Positions 61,346 through 64,000 of a stretch of DNA of 64,000 bases are shown piece by piece; the stretch's first letter is position 1, and each line of letters starts with the position of its first letter. The stretch is from assembly GCA_038056395.1 (NCBI GenBank), contig JBBUFS010000004.1, positions 884-64,883 of the forward strand. The letters run 5' to 3'. The notes under the pieces are model-generated. The model saw only the letters and a program-made list of their open reading frames with translations. It had not been told where the DNA came from and ran no database searches. This DNA comes from Patescibacteria group bacterium. Lineage in GTDB: Bacteria; Patescibacteriota; Minisyncoccia; Phycocordibacterales; WO2-35-19. A program made the translations under genes and the position numbers.

Positions 61346-62395
61346 TTATTTATTGACATACTTACTTATTATACTTATCAAAGACTGGGCTGTGGGTGTC
61401 GGAAAATATCTTGATACCGCTTTATATCCCTTATCTGCAAGCATTTCCCTTTTTTTAGAATCATACGCCAACATTTTAATACCATTAGCTATTGATTGAG
61501 GATCGTTTTTAACAAATAATATTTCTTCATCAGAAAAAATCTCCCTCAAAGCCGGAGAATTCATATTTATAACCGCTTTTTTTGCCGCTAATCCTTCATA
61601 CACTTTATTAGGAATGGCTCGCATTGCCCGGTCAACATCCCCGAACAACCCCAAAACAACATCCGCTTCGGCCATATATTCATTGACGCGGGAAAGTGAA
61701 ACTCTACGGCCTACGATTTCAAGATTGGAAAGATTATAATTTTCAACCAATTTTTGAATTTTTTTAAAGCCGGCGCCATCCCCTATCATCCGAAAACGGA
61801 TTTTGGGATCGTCAACGCAAATTTTGGCCGCTTCAATAATTTTATCCACGCCCTGCGCGGGAATATAGGAGCCATGCCAATGAACCAAGAAGTAATCTTT
61901 TTTTGCCACATGCATGGGGTGAATTATTTTATCATTAACGCCGAGATAAACCGGGTGGATTTTCTTGCCGTTCAGCCCCCACCATGAAGCCCAGTATTGC
62001 CTGTGGGCATCCGTATCGGTGATAGCCGCGGTGGCAAATACCATACTGAGCCAATCGATCACAAGAAGTTTAACGGCTCGCGGATGCCACCAGGCCACTT
62101 CTTGACGATCATTAACAACGCAGTCAAACATGGAATAAAAAGCGTCGCAAATCACCGGTTTGGATGAGACCAATCTGGCCAGAATGGTCGCAACGGGCGA
62201 TGGGTAGGCGGCATACACGCAATCATATTCATTATGCAGGGCGCGAAGGACTTTCCATAATTTGAAATATCTTTGGGGGTCCTGCCAATCCGTTCGGCAC
62301 TGTATCACCTCTACACCAATCTGGCTCAGCCCCGACAACAGAATGTCGTTTCTGGAATAATTTGGGTTATATATGCCGAAATAGCAGATTTTCAT
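61346..62395 (-). CDS. GT-B-fold glycosyltransferase (GT1/GT4-like); paralogue of 55759..56808
   Basis: 349 aa, N-terminus MKICYFGIYNPNYSRN; ...FRMIGDGAGFKKI...IPNKVYEGLAAKKAVIN. Confidence 0.6.
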   Translation of the reverse strand: MKICYFGIYNPNYSRNDILLSGLSQIGVEVIQCRTDWQDPQRYFKLWKVLRALHNEYDCVYAAYPSPVATILARLVSSKPVICDAFYSMFDCVVNDRQEVAWWHPRAVKLLVIDWLSMVFATAAITDTDAHRQYWASWWGLNGKKIHPVYLGVNDKIIHPMHVAKKDYFLVHWHGSYIPAQGVDKIIEAAKICVDDPKIRFRMIGDGAGFKKIQKLVENYNLSNLEIVGRRVSLSRVNEYMAEADVVLGLFGDVDRAMRAIPNKVYEGLAAKKAVINMNSPALREIFSDEEILFVKNDPQSIANGIKMLAYDSKKREMLADKGYKAVSRYFPTPTAQSLISIISKYVNK

Positions 62396-63837
62396 TTTGC
62401 GGAAATATTTTTATTCAAAATCGAATACTTATAAAAATTTAATGACAAATGATATTTGACAAATAATGTCTTGTCAGAGCTATTGAATTTATTTGTGGCA
62501 ATAATAATCTCATCTGCCACACCCCGCCTTATCACCTCCAATTGCTTACTGCCTATAATTATTTCTGGGAGCGGTTCAAAATATTGATAATAATTATTGC
62601 CTTTCATAAAAATCACCACTTCCGGAGTATCATAAAAAAAGACTGATTTGGAAGATGGCAATTGCTCAAAATATTTTTGCCAATCGGCCGTTTTCTTTGA
62701 GGCATAAGCCGAGGCCACCCAAGAATCAAAGCAAATTTGATAAACGCCAAAAGCTATCAATAACGAAAAAAGAGTTGCGAGAGAGACAGAGATTAATTTT
62801 TTAGGCGGAGAGAAAAGCGATAAAAGAGCCGAAGGGAAAAATATGAGAGAAATTATTTGGGCGGGATAAAAATATCGAAACATGCCAGTGGTGCGCAAAT
62901 AAGCCAACATGCACAGCAAAGAAAATATGGCTGCGGTCGCCTCTTCGGGATAAATCGTTATTTTTCGTTTAATTCTTGTCCATAAAGAAATTAGCCAGAT
63001 TGTGATCACTATAAGAAGATATAGTGGGCCGATGCTGGTAAAGAAATTCTTGGCATTTTTGATTATTACGCCAAACATTTCTCCAAAAGTGTAATAATAT
63101 GGATTTGCGTAGAAAGAAAAAATTTCTGTAAACGAATCACCCGCCTGAAATTGGGTCGCAAACCATAAAATTATTGGTATTAAAATTGCAATAACGCCCA
63201 CAAACAAATCGGATACTTTAAGAGAAATTTGTTTTCTGCCTATAAACAAACCGCCGATAAGAGCCGGAATAAATATAAGAAAAAGCGGTTTTGTCGCTAT
63301 GGCCAAGCCGGCGCTTAATCCTGCCAGTATCACATATTTTCTTTTTGGTTCCGTGGTTGTTCTGACAAAATAAATAAATAATAAAGCCAGAAAAACAAAA
63401 AATAATCCCGGAGTTTCACCCAACACGCTCTTGCCATTGCCATATAGTGGTGGAAAGGCGACTAATAAAGCCAGAGAGAGCAGGGCCAAATTGGGCCCAA
63501 ATAATTTTTTAATAAGAAAATATCCCGTCGCGGCAAGACCTAAAATAAATAAAACCATCAACAGACGCGCCTGCAAAATTCCAAATCCAAAAACCTTAAA
63601 GACGCCGGCCAAAGGATAAATAACCGGATATTCAACGGTAAATTTTGATATATGTAAAATCTCGCTGGGAGAAAAACGCATGGCAACCAAGCCGTTATCG
63701 GCAAGATTTTTTGCAATTTGCATGTATATTCCCTCGTCATACCAAACCGAAGGACTTTCAGTAAGTTTATATGTTGAAGCAAACAAAATACCAAGAAACA
63801 TAATCGCGATTATGATAACATCTCTATGAGCTTTCAT
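62392..63837 (-). CDS. GT-C membrane glycosyltransferase (GT39/GT83, ArnT/PMT-like)
   Basis: 481 aa, about 11 TM helices; N-terminal loop VWYDEGIYMQIAKNLADNG (DE motif in first extracytoplasmic loop as in PMT/ArnT). Confidence 0.65.
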   Translation of the reverse strand: MKAHRDVIIIAIMFLGILFASTYKLTESPSVWYDEGIYMQIAKNLADNGLVAMRFSPSEILHISKFTVEYPVIYPLAGVFKVFGFGILQARLLMVLFILGLAATGYFLIKKLFGPNLALLSLALLVAFPPLYGNGKSVLGETPGLFFVFLALLFIYFVRTTTEPKRKYVILAGLSAGLAIATKPLFLIFIPALIGGLFIGRKQISLKVSDLFVGVIAILIPIILWFATQFQAGDSFTEIFSFYANPYYYTFGEMFGVIIKNAKNFFTSIGPLYLLIVITIWLISLWTRIKRKITIYPEEATAAIFSLLCMLAYLRTTGMFRYFYPAQIISLIFFPSALLSLFSPPKKLISVSLATLFSLLIAFGVYQICFDSWVASAYASKKTADWQKYFEQLPSSKSVFFYDTPEVVIFMKGNNYYQYFEPLPEIIIGSKQLEVIRRGVADEIIIATNKFNSSDKTLFVKYHLSLNFYKYSILNKNISAK

Positions 63838-64000
63838 ATAAAGTTTAAGCCCATGATTATAACAAATTATGCCTAATGTTTCAATTATAAGAAAAGTTCT
63901 AACTTTTTTACCGGCTTCTCTGCCGGCAAAAATATATCACGCGGCATCGCTAGTGCCGGCCTTCAAAACAATTTTGAATAAGATTATTTTATCCAGAATC

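Noticed and set aside
1-64000. tRNA, rRNA, tmRNA, RNase P, SRP RNA
   Set aside because: By-eye scanning of the few intergenic GC-rich spots found no T-loop (GTTCGAATC-like) or other conserved cores; nothing supportable.

Overview
AT-rich bacterial window with dense, mostly minus-strand coding. The gene content (giant repeat surface protein, GH57/GH15, very many glycan enzymes, weak Shine-Dalgarno sites) is compatible with a small-genome, Patescibacteria/CPR-like organism; that is inference only. Layout: (1) 287..11314(-) is one 3675-aa ORF. It encodes a membrane-anchored giant surface protein built from tail-fibre-like beta-repeats and interrupted by three canonical class-1 inteins (Cys1 ... 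HN|Thr+1) inserted at homologous repeat positions. Inteins 2 and 3 carry NYN/LabA-type (PIN-fold) nuclease domains where a LAGLIDADG or HNH homing endonuclease would normally sit. (2) 11.3..13.1 kb is a small mobile-looking patch: a divergent excisionase/MerR-like HTH gene, a perfect 40-nt palindrome and an IS200/IS605-like Y1 (HUH) transposase whose 3' end overlaps gatB. (3) 13..26 kb holds housekeeping and alpha-glucan genes: gatB, MYG1-like, GH15, a RelE/Phd toxin-antitoxin pair, GH57, a glycogen-synthase-like GT, an AI-2E transporter, DedA, two tightly coupled unknown small genes and secA. (4) 26.3..63.8 kb is a very large glycan and protein-glycosylation-like island. It contains a Wzy_C/O-antigen-ligase-like membrane protein with a C-terminal TPR region, Wzm/Wzt ABC exporter genes, a pseudaminic-acid-type nonulosonate pathway (PseB, PseC, PseI, cytidylyltransferase, GNAT) with extra tailoring enzymes (PIG-L deacetylase, formyltransferase, ATP-grasp, class-III aminotransferase, KpsS-like transferase), RfbA/RfbB/RfbD plus an NDP-hexose C-methyltransferase, two cobalamin-type radical-SAM enzymes with a ferredoxin, at least six class-I methyltransferases and about eight glycosyltransferases, including a paralogous pair and a GT39/83-like membrane GT. 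A recurring family of short palindromic hairpins sits in intergenic and terminator positions. No rRNA, tRNA or CRISPR array was recognised.
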